DNA of 64,000 nt from Antedon mediterranea (Eukaryota; Animalia; Echinodermata): NCBI RefSeq assembly GCF_964355755.1, contig NC_092672.1:17497237-17561236 (forward strand), given 5' to 3'. The notes under the pieces were generated by a model. That model made no database searches and was not told the DNA's origin. It saw nothing but the letters and a program-made list of their open reading frames with translations. Each line of letters opens with the position of its first letter. Within the stretch, counting starts at the first letter, position 1. A program made the position numbers and the translations under genes. Positions 1-13,305 of the stretch are shown piece after piece.

Positions 1-498
1 CGACCACCACTCATGACATCCATGTAGGAGGCCTATACAGTAGGCCTGCAATGAAACGTCTATTTTAGGTACCCCACCTGGGTATAAATCGAGTTAATCG
101 TAAATTTAAAAATTCGAACTAGATCGTAGGCCTACTCTTTTGCTGTGTAGCGCCTGATGGAAAGTAATTCTACGCATTTTGGTCCCTGGATGGAACATGA
201 TATATCACGCGTAAACCGCCAATGTTGAACGATTCCCACAAAGGGACACCGCTAGACATGTGCGTTCCTACAAAAATCTAGGTCGCAATCCGGCGAGGGT
301 GGTCGGAGTCAAACGCAGCAGTGTGTCATTGACGGTTATCAATCACATGTTCTACAGTACACGAAAACTATCGCAACTGGACGAAGTAAGTCGAAGTTGG
401 TCATGTTGACTGTTGTTACACACAATTGTGCGTGATCAAAAGGTCAAATCAAATGTTAGAAAGCCGACTCAAGGAAGCGAAGCAGCCGTATTCACGTA

Positions 499-2374
499 CA
501 GTACAGATAAAAACTACTGCAACATTTGCCACGCGTAGGTAACGTAGTCTACGCATGGCGGGTGCGTGGCGTAGCATTCGTAGTGCGTAGGCTACGCGTA
601 GCATTCGTAGCTTACGTTGTGATCAACTGTGTGTGGGAATTCCCCAAACTCAACTGTGTACAAGTACATCGTCGACGGCTTAGGCTAAGCAGGCTACGAA
701 CAGTTCGAATAAATAGAAATGATACGATTGTTTCGCCAATACAATAATATCATCATCATTATCAAACATGCTTGAAATTCAAATTTTTCTAAAGAAAATA
801 GCAATTAAAATTGCTCAAAGCCTAGGCTAGACGCGAAAAGTCTAATTAACTAGGCCTACTGCTGACTGCTGTACATTCACCATCGGCATCGCCGGCCAGG
901 CTAGTGTACAAAATGAATTGATGACGGGCCGTTATTATGACTACCTTCCGACCATAGTAATAGTATTAGTAGTAGGCCTAAAATTGCAAGTTAATTTTTT
1001 ATAAGTAATTAATACAGTACTCAGTATGTTTCATTTAAACAAAAAAATATACAGGTTTGAAACTGTCGTAACTGTACATCAAACAGAAACTCCATTATTA
1101 GCTATTGTAACAAACTGCAGCAGAGGATCGGTGAAGGGTCAAGTTACAGGCCGTTTAGACCATCGTCATCAGCAGAGAGGAGGAGGATCGGAGGATACAT
1201 AACATGTGCTTGCCTGATCTTGTTTTGTTTTTTTTAGTCATGCGCGATAATAAATTAGATAGTATTTAAATAAATGTTATTTTAGTTATAAATAAAAATA
1301 AATTATAATTAACATTTTAGGGTTAGGAAATATGCAAGACTTTATTTAATAAAAGTTGAACTTCACTAACTTGAAGGTTAAAATCAAAACATAAAAGTAC
1401 AGTTCAGAGAGAGTATCCATCCGCGGATCATAAACACGTGGATATAAACACACTGGGCGAATGAATTACGAATGGAGTGATCCGTCTCGATTTCCGTTGG
1501 AACAAAAATAATACGCAAATAATATCGTATTTGTATTCTATTATTTTGACATTTACAGTATTTAAACAATTCATATTATCCCATAGTACTAAATAAGCGT
1601 AATATGTCATTTAAACGCATTTTTAAAACGAAACATCGTTCATTATAGCCTAGTAAACAAACATAGTTCAGACAGTAGAGTTGTACTGCGCGATACACAC
1701 ACGTGGGTAAACAGCAGCTTCACGGCGAAAACTGTCGTATCGAGGAAATATCCTTCTGTCACCTAGGCTATACCACATTATTTCACATTTTCACGCCATG
1801 TACATCGTATTTAACGCTTGTACACAGTATGGATTATCATACAATACTACTACTAAGTAGGCCTATAAGTACTATAGGCGTACCACATATTTTAAAATTA
1901 AACTGTCGGTAGGTACGCCGGTAACCCTACCTTTTTAGCTAGCTAGCTAGGCCTAGCCGGAGGCCATTTCACACAAACATACGACGACCGCCGTACGTTG
2001 GCCGATCGGTGATAGATGTACACTTGTTCTTCTTTCATAAAAATAAATGTCCCATTTTAACACAACCAACACACAGTAATTAATACTAATATTAATACAT
2101 TTATTATTACTTCACGGTAATTAACACGCATTTTAAATTTGATGAAAACTAGTATTCAAATTCGTTAACTAATTCCGTGTGTGGTGCAGCAGCACAGTAC
2201 ACAATAATCTGAACATTGGAATTTCCCCTCCTAGCTCTCGCTTCGTAGGCTACGCGTAGACTACGCGTAGCATGTTAGCTTGCGTAGATTACGCCACGCG
2301 AAACCTACGAAGTTGCCACGCGTACGAAACGTAGTCTACGCGTCCAAATGTTGCAGTATTTATTATCTGTACTG
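499..2374. mobile_element. Non-autonomous Tc1/mariner/pogo-type DNA transposon, ~1.9 kb
   Basis: TIR CAGTACAGATAAAAACTACTGCAACATTTG (499-528) versus CAAATGTTGCAGTATTTATTATCTGTACTG (2345-2374); TA on both flanks; CGTAG/CTACG-rich subterminal repeats; no transposase ORF. Confidence 0.8.
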
Positions 2375-2699
2375 TATTTATTATTTGTTTGCCTTACTAC
2401 TACGTATATTTGTTGATTAAAGTCAGACAAGTCAAGGGGCCCGTCAGGGCGCCGTGGGTCGCGATCAAGCGAAGTTCCATAACAACAACTTGAAATCAGT
2501 CAACCACATAATGAGGGGCGGAGCTATTTATGGACGCACTAAAACGGAATAATTGTGAATAATCGGTAGTCCCTTGGACGCAACATTTTAGCTGCGTCCA
2601 GAAGGATGTCACAATACAATAGATATCGCGACCAGCTGCAGTACAATCCGTCCGATATTTAGTGGAGATGACGCCTTATACAGTAATTGCAATTGCCTT

Positions 2700-3017
2700 T
2701 GGAGAACATATTTTCGGATCGCCTTCTGAAAAAGGCAGTGGCTATCAAAGATGATCAATTTCATCCGGCCTCTAGTATGTTCCAGTTGATGCGCAGCGGT
2801 CGGCGATTTCGTTCTATTAAGGCCAATAAGGCACGATTTACAAATAGTTTCTTTCCAGGAGCTATTAGAGCCTTAAACATAATGTAGACACTTTTTTGTA
2901 ATGTTTTTGTTTTTGAGTTCGTGTTGTGTCCGTTGGATATTGTGCTCCGCCAACAGAGCAAACAGAATTTCTGTTTTTCTTAAAAACAAATGATAATAAA
3001 TGATACTTGACTTGACT
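2700..3017 (+). mobile_element. 5'-truncated LINE 3' end, Rex1/Babar-like
   Basis: ORF2 C-terminal motif HP...FQLMRSGRRFRSIKANKARFTNSFFPGAIRALN, then AATAAA and an (ACTTG)n tail. Confidence 0.75.
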
Positions 3018-3020
3018 AGT

Positions 3021-5425
3021 CAGGGGTTTCGTTAGTAGCCGGCAACCGGCGCATTCGACCGTCTACTTTGACATTTTCGCCGGCTACTTTCTGTCTACCT
3101 AGGCCTACACGGCCTAGCCTAGGCTAGCTCCCGGCGCGAGTACTTTTATTAATCAAGACAATACGTACGTGTTTGTTGTATTTATTACGTTCTCGCGACG
3201 ACACGATGATGATGGATTAAAATAGGATTGTAATTAAATATTTAATCAATTATTTTACCATGTAATCTGTACACGAAAGGGACCTAAACTCCCTGACCTA
3301 TCTATGCAATTTTCCTTTGAAACTTTTCGCACTGTGTGTGTGTAGCATGCGTTTCCGAGGCATTGTTAGAATCCTTCAACCGTGACGACCTACCCGTCAA
3401 CGGCAAATACACCAACGCGATTCGCTTAAAATGACATCATATCTGGGGTAGCACTAACATTTCATTTTGTTTAGCCATTTGGCGAAAGTCAATATATTTT
3501 TTTTAGTCAAATCAGTTTATCTATAGCCAAAATGGCTAAAGTCAAATTTTTTTATTTAGCCAAATGAATCGGTTTATAGCCAAAATTAAAAATTTTTGAA
3601 ATATAGTGGTAAAAACATTTTAGTCAATTTATCTGTCAACAGGTCTATACACTGTTCCCTGAACATTTTTGTAAGGCATTGAGATAAAGAACCATGCCTA
3701 AATCACTGTTTAAAAAAAATATTTTTTTTTGGTATTTTTTTTACATGATCAAAACAATTGTTCAAATTGTTTTTAATCATACAGCATTTATACAGTTATC
3801 AATTTAATAAGAAACATTTTACAGTTTTCTGAAATCCCCTGAACGATATGTTACTTTTGTTTTTTACGCTTGGCTGGTCATGTTTGCATGTGACGGCTTC
3901 CATGGCATACCAGGCGAAAATCGTGTCCTAGAATCACCGCCGCGCAGCGGGTTAATGTTTTTAAATTGGGTATGCTCAAGAGGTGCGAAAGTACAGAACC
4001 GCCGGCCTAGGCCTACAAAAAAATTATGTACAACAACGCAACGGTATATCGTATGCTAAAAATATTGAGGAAAATTCCTAGCAAACGAACACTCGTATCG
4101 TTGTTAAACGTAAGATAATAAATATAGGCCAAAGCACAGAGTACTTCTTTCCATCCCTCAAGGCTGCGCCGAAGCGTTTCTGTCAGGTCGAGAAATTTAT
4201 CCGATTATTATTTATTTACACAACACAGAAGCCAGCGGCCGGCCCCGCTCAGATGCACGTGTGTGTTTAGCTAAATCCCCGTTAGACTCTACCATTTCCC
4301 GCATGTTGTTTTGTTTACACTGACGCACGAGGGAAGTTTATTAAGGCTAAAATATGAAACTACATTAAATTGGAAGACTCTAAAATGCATAACGCATACA
4401 TTTTTGATTTCGATAAGATTAAGTCGTCATTCATCGAAGATACTATAATGTTTCTTTTTAATCTGAAAAGTACACCCCTATCGAAAAATAGACAATCCCG
4501 GTAATTAGCCGACCGTCGGCTACGTAGTCGATCGTTTGTTCAGCGCACAACACGTGATAGTTTAGGTAGACTTCATCATCCATGTGTCGTGTAATGTCTG
4601 TCTCTCTGTGCAGTCTACCTCTGCTATCTCCATCTTTTTGAAAAAACAAAGAGACGCCTGGTACAACGAAACAAGTTGACGAAAAATGGAGCTTGAAGTA
4701 AACAACGTGATAACGAACAAAATAAATGCTTGGAGATCGACAAATGGACCTTTTAGTTGGACTTTATGCTTTCGCCAAAATGATTATTTAATTATCTATT
4801 TTATCATATGTCATCGCCAAAATGGCTAAAGTAGCCGTTTTATTTTTCGCCAATCTAGAAACGTTTTCGCTCCTGGCGACTTGGCGATCGGCCAGTGCGA
4901 GCTTAGCATATGATGTACTGATATTAATAATAATAATATAGGGCCTAGACCCTATATTATTATTATTAATAATATATAATATTATTATTGAACTTCCTAA
5001 CGTCATAAAATAAGGAACCACGCATTTTAAATTAATAAAGTACATAAAAAATGGGAGTAAAATAATTGCTAAATACGTCGGGCCAAAAAAGTTTCGTGCG
5101 TTTATATGTTGTTATTGTTATGCTATTTTTTTTAAATTAGTATTTTTTTTAAAACACAAATATGCAGGGATTTTTTTCTAAAATATTTAATATACATAAA
5201 TGCAATAAAAATAAATATATTTATTTCAAATTAAGCATATATGTGTCTGTAAACTAGTTTAAATGACCTATATAGCTCTAGAAAGCCCCGACCGGGGGCC
5301 CTTGGCGGCCCCCTGGCCCCCAGCCAATGGTTGTTCGCTTCGCTCACAAAGTTATTTATTTATGAGTTCAAAATTCTCCTGTTACTTTTTTTTTTCTCCT
5401 ACTTAAAACCTTAATGCAACCCCTG
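3021..5425. mobile_element. Non-autonomous hAT-like element with 5-bp TSD
   Basis: Imperfect TIR CAGGGGTTTCGTTA / TAATGCAACCCCTG; CTAGT at 3016-3020 and 5426-5430; internal GCCAAAATGGCTAAAG repeats; GC-rich subterminal block at 5281-5347. Confidence 0.6.
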
Positions 5426-5512
5426 CTAGTAGTAGAATAATACATATTTTTATAATTTGTTAGGTACTAAAATAAACCTTAATTAATATTTTGTAATAAT
5501 AATAATAATAAG

Positions 5513-8500
5513 AACTAGACATGTAACTCGTCACTTTGACGAGTTAGTTATCCGCACGACAAACGCCACGTGCACGTCATACGTTAGAATATTGCACACA
5601 GAAAAAATTATGGCATTATGACCTGATCTGAAGAATATGATATGTTGTTAGTGCTGAATTCTGTCAATTTTGTGTCATATAGTATATACATGCAAACAGT
5701 ATAATCTGTATACATGTTACATACAGTGTAGAATAGGTGAAATTACGGGACCCGCCATTTATTCAAATTTGTAACATGGCGACGGTATCAAGATGAAACA
5801 CTAAGATAGCAATTTCGGAAGCAAATTATCTCAGCAACAACATATTAACGTGTAGAAGAAATTTGAATACGTTTAATATTGATGCGCGCTCTTTTAAATA
5901 TAATGAACTATGATGCAAAAGATGAAAATACGACTTTTTTTTATTTAACTTGCAATATGATGACGTCACAGCATCTGATTGGCAAAATGTTCACATGATT
6001 TCATATCTACAATCCAAGAGCTTCCAGAAAATGTTTTAATCGTGATTATCACATTTTATTTTGACGGGCTATTACAGATTAAAATTTACTGTAAAGATGA
6101 AATTAATGACCCACGTAATTAAAATTTTTAGGCATGATGACGTCATAAAAATTAAAATATTTTTATCTCATGCGAAAGATAGTTGATTGACCTAGACAAT
6201 ATTAAAATCTCGGAGAAAAAGAAATACGTATAAGCGTGATGCGCTCCATTGAATGTGATGAGCAATAACGAAAGACAAAAAAATCCTATATTTTACATTC
6301 GTGTGGCCATATGATGACGTCACAACATCCGTGAGGTAAAAATTCTGCATGAATTCATATCTACAACATATCTGCTTACATATTAAGTTAAAAAAATTAG
6401 GGGTAATCGTTGATCCTGAGAAGCTATAAAACATTCAAAATAGGCATAATTTTGACAACATTTTGTAACTTTTTCAACTAAAACGCGCGCAAATGGGCTA
6501 AATCAACGTGTTCGTATGACGTAATTTTAATTTGAAATGATGTCAATCTTTTTGAAAATGACTAGGAAAGGCTGGAAAATCACAATTCAAGAGAAAAAAA
6601 CATGATTTTCATGCTCTATGCGCACCGTGCGCGTAATATTTTTCGCGCGCGCGGTAATTTTGTACATGCTTAAAATGACATGAAACGCGTAGAAAGTTGA
6701 TTAGAAATTATTTTTGCGCATTTTGAAATTTTAAATGCGCGTGCGCGCATAACTTTGTGTAAAACACGCAATTTTTTTCAAACAGAAAGTTAGCGCATGA
6801 TATAAATTAAACTTTCACAAAGTGTCAATTAAAAATCACTTTTAGTTTTTAATCTATGATCAATCATAAAAAATCATAAAATCGCGCGTAAGTCACGTTG
6901 CGCAACTCTGACGTAATTCAAAAATAGGAGGTGCACAACTTCACGTAAATGCCCACATGTTGTCAAAGTTATAAAATGTTATGTTTACACATTTTAGAGA
7001 AACGCTCTACACAAAAAGAGCGAGAAAGAAAGAAGAACTAGACATGAAACTCGTCACTTTGACGAGTTAGTTATCCGCTCGACAAACGCCACGGGCACGT
7101 CATACGTTAGAATATTGCACACAGAAAAATATTAAGGCATTATGACCTGAACTGAAGAATATGAAATGTTATTTCTGAATTCTGTTATTTTGTGTCATAT
7201 ACATAGTATACACAGTACAATCTGTATACATATCACAAACAGTGTAAAATAGGTGAAATTACGGGACCCGTATTTTATTGTAATTTTTAACATCTTGACG
7301 GCTTCAAAATGAAATGCAAAAGTAGAAATTTCAGAATGAAATTATCTCAGCAACAACATATTAACGTGTAGAAGAAATTTGAATACGTGAAATATTGATG
7401 CGCGCTCTTTTAAATGTAATGAAATATAACGCAAAAGATGAAAATACGACTTTTTTTATATAACTGGCCATATGATGACGTCACAACATTCGATTGGCAC
7501 AATTTTCACATGATTTTGTATCTACAATACAATAGCTTCCTGAAAACGTTTTAATCGTGATTATCACATTTTATTCTTACGAGCTATAACAGATTAAAAT
7601 TTACTGTAAAGATGAAATTAATGACCAAAGTAATTTAAATTTTTAGGCATGATGACGTTAAAAAAATTAAAAAATTTTAAATTCATGCAAAAGATAGTTG
7701 ATTGACCTAGAATATATTAAAATCGGGGTGAAAATGGACAACGAATAAGTGGAGATGCGCTCTATTAAATGTGATGAGCTATGACGAAAGAGACAAAAAT
7801 CCTATATTTTATATTCGCGTGGCCATACAATGACGTCACAATGTCCGGTTAGCCATATTAATGTATGATCCGATATCTACAACTCATCAACATCCAGAAT
7901 ATGTAATTAAAAAAAAGTTCCCCATGTAGTTTAGAATCTATGAATGTTTAAAAATAGGCATAATTTTGACGAATTTTTGAACTTTTTCACCAAAAACGCG
8001 TGCAAATTATCTAATTCGACGTGCTCGTATGACGTAATTTTAAGTCGAAATTGTTTAAAATTTGGTAACATTACTAGAAAAGGCTGAAAAAACATAAATC
8101 ACGCGAAAAAAATATGTTTTTAACGCTACGTGTGCACCGCGTGCGTAAAAATTTTCGCGCGCGTGGGAATTTTTGACATGCTCAAAATGACATGAAACGC
8201 ATAGAAAGTTGATTAGAAGTTGATTTTTCGCTTTCTAAAATTTTAAATGCGCGTGCGCGCGTAACTTCTTGTGAAACATGCTATTTTTAATCCATAGAAA
8301 GTTTGCGCTTGATATGACTTAAATTTTCACAAAGTGTCAAAACAAAATTATGTTTGGTTTTTAGTCTATGATCAATCATTGAAATTCATAAAATCGCGCG
8401 TAAGTCACGTTGCGCAACTCTGACGTCATTCAAAAATAGGAGGTGCACAAGTTCACGTAAATTTCGATATGTTGACAAAGTTACGATATGTTCTGTTTAC

Positions 8501-8684
8501 AAGTTTTAGAGAAACACGACGCACAAAAATGACAGAAAGAAAGAAGTATAATACAGGAAAAAAATTTGATGAAACAGGACGATTACAAGGAGTTATCCGC
8601 TACTAAGCGGATAACTAATAATACAGAAAAAAATATTGATCCCATACAATAACAAGGAGTTATCCGCCAAGTGCGGATAACTAA
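5513..8684 (-). mobile_element. Helentron-associated non-autonomous element (HINE/DINE-1-like), outer copy
   Basis: Left end AACTAGA + hairpin ACTCGTCA-CTT-TGACGAGT + subterminal IR AGTTATCCGC; right end palindrome AGTTATCCGC-CAAGT-GCGGATAACT; A-rich insertion context. Confidence 0.75.
7036..8618 (-). mobile_element. Second HINE of the same family nested near the end of the first
   Basis: Repeats the 5513 start sequence at 7036 and ends in its own palindrome AGTTATCCGC-TACTAA-GCGGATAACT; the outer copy's terminus follows immediately. Confidence 0.75.
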
Positions 8685-9170
8685 TTACTAGGCCTAGTTA
8701 GCCTAGGGCCAGGCATACAGTATTTAGGGCCTACTATGCCTAGAGTCCAGATATGATATTACATAGGCCTCCATCATAGGCTAGAATAGTTTAGCTATAA
8801 CTATACCTACCTAGTGAGGAAGACTAGCCATAAACCTATGTAGGAAGGCGGCTAACTTTCTTAGCTACCTGTAAAAGTACTCTCGGTCATCATTTTTTAG
8901 AGTTTAGTTTCGCACATTCTTGGTAGATTTTCCTTTTATTTTATTAATCTTTATTTGTATACCTTTGTCATGGAATGGAATAATGAATAAAGAGAGAAAA
9001 AAAAGTGCCTCTTGTAGTTGTACACCGACATATAGGGTACCGTAAGTAAAAATAAACACCATAAAACGTATGGTCACATTATTAACGGCTGTATTACAGC
9101 AACTACTGTACTGTAGTATGAATTTTTCACTGCCAATCATAAAATCATGCAAAAATTAGCTTGTACTTAC

Positions 9171-9252
9171 TTCTGAACATCAGTTACAGCACACCACGCC
9201 CAAGCCCATCCACCAATAACATACTTCTTGGCTTCATTCCCACAGCAGCCAC
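9171..9252 (-). CDS. FLOT2: Flotillin-2 coding exon 2 (82 nt)
   Basis: Minus strand ...tatag|GTGGC...CAGAA|gtaagt; phase 1 to phase 2; encodes (G)GCCGNEAKKYVIGGWAWAWCAVTDVQ, matching FLOT2 GGCCG...YVFGGWAWAW; joins exon 1 in frame. Confidence 0.95.
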
Positions 9253-9277
9253 CTATAAATAGTGTTTACAGGATTTA

Positions 9278-9730
9278 CTATATGGGTGATTCTATGAGGT
9301 TGGGTCAAAAAGTGTGACATATGTCACACTTTGAAAGTTGATATTGTGAAAATAATGTTACCCACAATATATCAAAAGTTCTCCATGAAATATTTGGATA
9401 ATTTTGAACAATGGCCTCTCAAACGTACACCACTACTGCAAAAACGGCACTTTTTGAGGTCTGGAGTTACTTTTATGGGCCAATATCTTTAAAGGTCCTT
9501 GATCAAATGTTATTATACTTTCTCTGCAAATAGCCTAGTATATTGTGAACACTTATCCAACATTTTAAGTTTTAAAAATAAGTATTTCGTATGTGAGGAA
9601 AACTGAAAAATTACAATTATTTAGTTGTAATTGCACTTTTCAAGATTTTTAAGACACAATATCTTCGTAACTAATTGACATACCCTATATGGGTGATTTT
9701 ATGAGGTTGGGTCATAAAGTGTGACATGTA
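9278..9730. repeat. ~45-bp direct repeat, two copies ~400 bp apart (probable TE fragment)
   Basis: CTATATGGGTGATT(C/T)TATGAGGTTGGGTCA(A/T)AAAGTGTGACAT at ~9278 and ~9685. Confidence 0.5.
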
Positions 9731-11640
9731 CAGTATGTAGATCCAAGGGGTGGGAACGAAATCCATGTTCTAGGCCTCTTTTGATCTACTGCTTATGGCC
9801 TAATTCAACACAGGACGGTAAACTGTAAACGCTAAACATCGTACCTTATTATTTATATGGATCGTAAATACACGTAATATTTATATGAAAATAAATACAA
9901 AAAGATGTAGACAGTCCTCTCCTACTAGTACGCTATCTGATGAAAAAAAATGTTACCGGTAGAATTTTATTTTTTTAATTCCACTCGGGCACTCAACTGG
10001 AAACAAACTATTTTTTTATTTTGGCCTTACGTTAAATTTTTATATATTTTGTCAATGTCAATACAACTAAAATGTTACTGTGTTGATACTTTACATGGTT
10101 TTCGTCAACTTTTAAGAATAAAAATCGAAAAATTCATCATCATAAGATGTACCGTACTGTAGGTTTCATATACCTCAATGTTCTAAATAATATCCCTCTT
10201 AGTCCCGGGAATAGACTAATAACATATGCTGATTTAGGGTCGGTTAATGTTCTTTGAAAACCGAACATGTTACAACATTTTTATTGACAAAAAATGGAAA
10301 TTAAAATGTGTATTTCATAATAGATGCAAATAAAGTAGACGCATTCCACTGAGTTTTAAACCCTTTATTGTAGTTGCTCTTTTGGCGCTCCATAGAATAG
10401 AAACGAAAATATTGAACTTCGTGTATGCAAAATTTGAGAACGGTGTGCCAAAACAACGTCTGTAAAATCATCAATTTAAGGGATTTATTTGTTACTTTTT
10501 ATGTGATTTTTCTTCATACAAGTACTTTTTATGAGGCCAAATTCTAAGGTGTGGTATTCACGGCATATGACCGGTTGGGCTGCCGACAAGTTGAGCTGCC
10601 GGTAATTTATATGAAACGCCCAGTGCGTCTTTTACGACATTTGCGTAGTGATTAGAGTGGTTTCCTAGTACATAAGTTCATGGTCTTTAGGTTTATTGTG
10701 TCATGAAAATAAATAATATTAAAATTACATACTACAATTTTGTTGGATAGAACCGCCATAACAACACAGCAAAGGTAAGTAGAATAGTTTCTAATCTTTC
10801 AAGGCAAAAATTCAGTGCACTCCATAATATTTTTCTCGCGTGTAGGCTTACCACGTAAAATCACGTTGTCTCTCAAGACTAATAGAGTATTGATATTCTT
10901 CAAATAAGGTTAAATAATAATTATTTTTTATTTACTTTTTAATAGATCATATTTAATTGAATTTTACAATTAGACTAGGCTATGAATGAGGTAGGTGCCA
11001 CCCGGAGAGGTAGAAATTCTCATATGACTTTTCTAGACCAGTTTTTTCTGGGGAATCCAAATATATTGGGTAAACGGGCTGTAACCTGAGAACTTTCGCG
11101 TGAGGGCGCTTTTTTCAAAATGGCTGCCAGTTACAGTAGACTATGATATCTTGGCAACCACTGGTCATAGAGAGGTGATTTTGGTGTCAAATTATTCGGA
11201 ATGTACATGTTCCTATTTGATGTAATAGAACATTTTGTCAGAAAATGGCCGAAAATACCTCTATTGACCTTTGACCCAATATCTAACAGATATCATATCT
11301 CTGTAACTACTGGACACAGAAAGTTGTAATTGGTGTCAAACTCTCCAGAATATAGATGTTTATATTCAGACTAATAGAACATTATCTGTAAAAATGACCG
11401 GAAATAATGTTACTGACCTTTGACCCAAAATGCAAGACATTTCTCCCATCTGATCACGTTAATCTTGTCAATTAATTCATTTTGTGCCAATTGGAGGTTG
11501 ACATTCTCATATTATTTTCTGGACCAGTTTTTCATGTGCAATCCAAATATATGAGATAAATAAGCCATAACAAGGCCAAGAATTTAATTCTTTTACTACA
11601 TACATGCTTCCCTTTAGTGTTTCAGACTGTATGTCGTGTA

Positions 11641-13305
11641 TTAATCTTCAAGATCGCTCACATCACTGCAATCTGAAAAGTCTTCATATTCATTATGTGT
11701 AAACAGTTCCTGGACATCAGTGGGAATCACTGTCTCAATCCATTTAGGCTCCATTTGTTCGTTCCATCCATTGTGTGTACTGTTGTTGACAAAATCATTG
11801 ACGTCTGCTGATTGCCATTCTTTAGTAATGAAGTGTGCTCTAAGTACCGTACTGACGCGGGTATAAGCCCATACTCGGGTATAAGCCCACCCCCGACTTT
11901 TGACTAATTTTCATGAAAAATGAGGCACTCGGGTATAAGCCCACCCATTAATTCGAAGATCTACAGTGTGTGTCGTAATACATTATTTTGCTTTTGGCGA
12001 CGTCCATACACCGAATATACCTACCTTTGATCATAACCAAGCTAGGCTAATATACGCTAGGCCATATGAGGCCTAGCGGTCCTGTTTTGTTTACACTCCA
12101 TTGCGGTCGAAGATCGCTTCACACACGACGCTACAAGTCGCCAAAACGGAAAACCACTATTTGGTATCGGCTGCCATAAACAAGCTTATTAAATTTCTTT
12201 GGTACATTTCTATTTAACGAACATTGTATACTTGCTTTTGTGCTTGATAAAATTCTTGTTAAATTGATGTTTAAAATAAGATATTCTACGATAAATTACA
12301 CGAACTAATTTTCCGACACTCTACACCTCGTGTATTTAGAGGCAACGTCGTACACGTGAGGGCGCTCGCTCGCATGGTGGAATACACAGTGTACATGTGC
12401 TGTTTTTGACGATCTGCATTTTTGGATCCTCGGGTATAAGCCCACCCCCCAAACTTGACGTGATTTCATGTTCGAGGGGGGTGGGCTTATACCCGCGTCA
12501 GTACGGTATATGAAACTCAAGGGTCTGCTGACATAGTGGCAGTAATTATATATCTGTAATCTTCTTGTGTCTGGAAAACTTTCTGTTGAAGATATCATAT
12601 CTTGCTTGATTTACACTTTTCCCTTTCACTCCATACAATAGTGAAACATACTCTTCAAATTCCTCATACAACTCTTTTGATGGAACATCTGACACTCCAA
12701 GGTTGCAGAATGTGTCAACAAATTTTGCTTTTGATTCCAGAAGCTTCCAGCAGGTACGTTTTCCTTTCCGAAAGAAAGCGGAGTTATAATCGTTACCTGT
12801 GAAAGCATGGAATCCAATAAGGGATGATTTCTGCGATTTTGTTAAATCAATGTCACTCAATTTCAGTACCTTTCGGTATTTCCCAGTGTTTGTATCAATA
12901 ATTACCCTCTGCCCATCATCTATGAAATGAGATAGTGCAATGACTGGAATATCAATGTCTCCAGAATGGGAACGAATTATTGCTACGCCTTGATTGTTAT
13001 TTGTTAAAGCATGCTTTGCATGCAGGATGACTTTCGTGTAGGCTTCTTCTTCCGGCTACTATTAAGCTCCGGAACTAATACAACATCTCAGTTAGTAACG
13101 TAGATGTATTCTTTGTACGATGAAAAGTAGATAACATCACTCCTCATATAAGTTAGAATGCTTTCTTTCTTTGACACTAGTACACAGCGAATAAGCTCAA
13201 TCAATCTGGTCTTGTTCTCGCCGTTGGCAAGGAAATTGTTGAAATCACGGGCCAACTTTGATATTGTTGAGCTTACAATTACTTTTGGTGCAATACCGCG
13301 CATGT
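11641..13305 (-). pseudogene. Left-arm remnant of a transposon-encoded FEN1/XPG(PIN)-like nuclease gene, 3' part
   Basis: NFLANGENKTRLIELI, KVILHAKHA, SGDIDI, IGFHAFTGNDYNSAFFRKGK, VNQARY, acidic tail; frameshifted and interrupted by a MITE. Confidence 0.75.
11847..12506. mobile_element. pogo/Tigger-type MITE in the left arm
   Basis: TIR CCGTACTGACGCGGGTATAAGCCCA; TA TSD at 11845-46 and 12507-08; the empty site is visible in the right arm (~15858). Confidence 0.9.

Noticed and set aside
3900-3957. piggyBac-like end (...GCGGG-TTAA)
   Set aside because: No matching left end was found.
1-9170. FLOT2 exon 3 (expected ISLE.MTL...GV.LTVTGVAQ)
   Set aside because: No such frame found on the minus strand; it probably lies left of the window.
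9731-9791. Short imperfect inverted repeat (GTAGATC...GATCTAC)
   Set aside because: Too short and lacks a convincing TSD.
10750-10780. Possible plus-strand micro-exon (ag|AACCGCC...CAAAG|gtaagt)
   Set aside because: Only 24 nt, antisense to FLOT2, with no partner exons or recognisable peptide.
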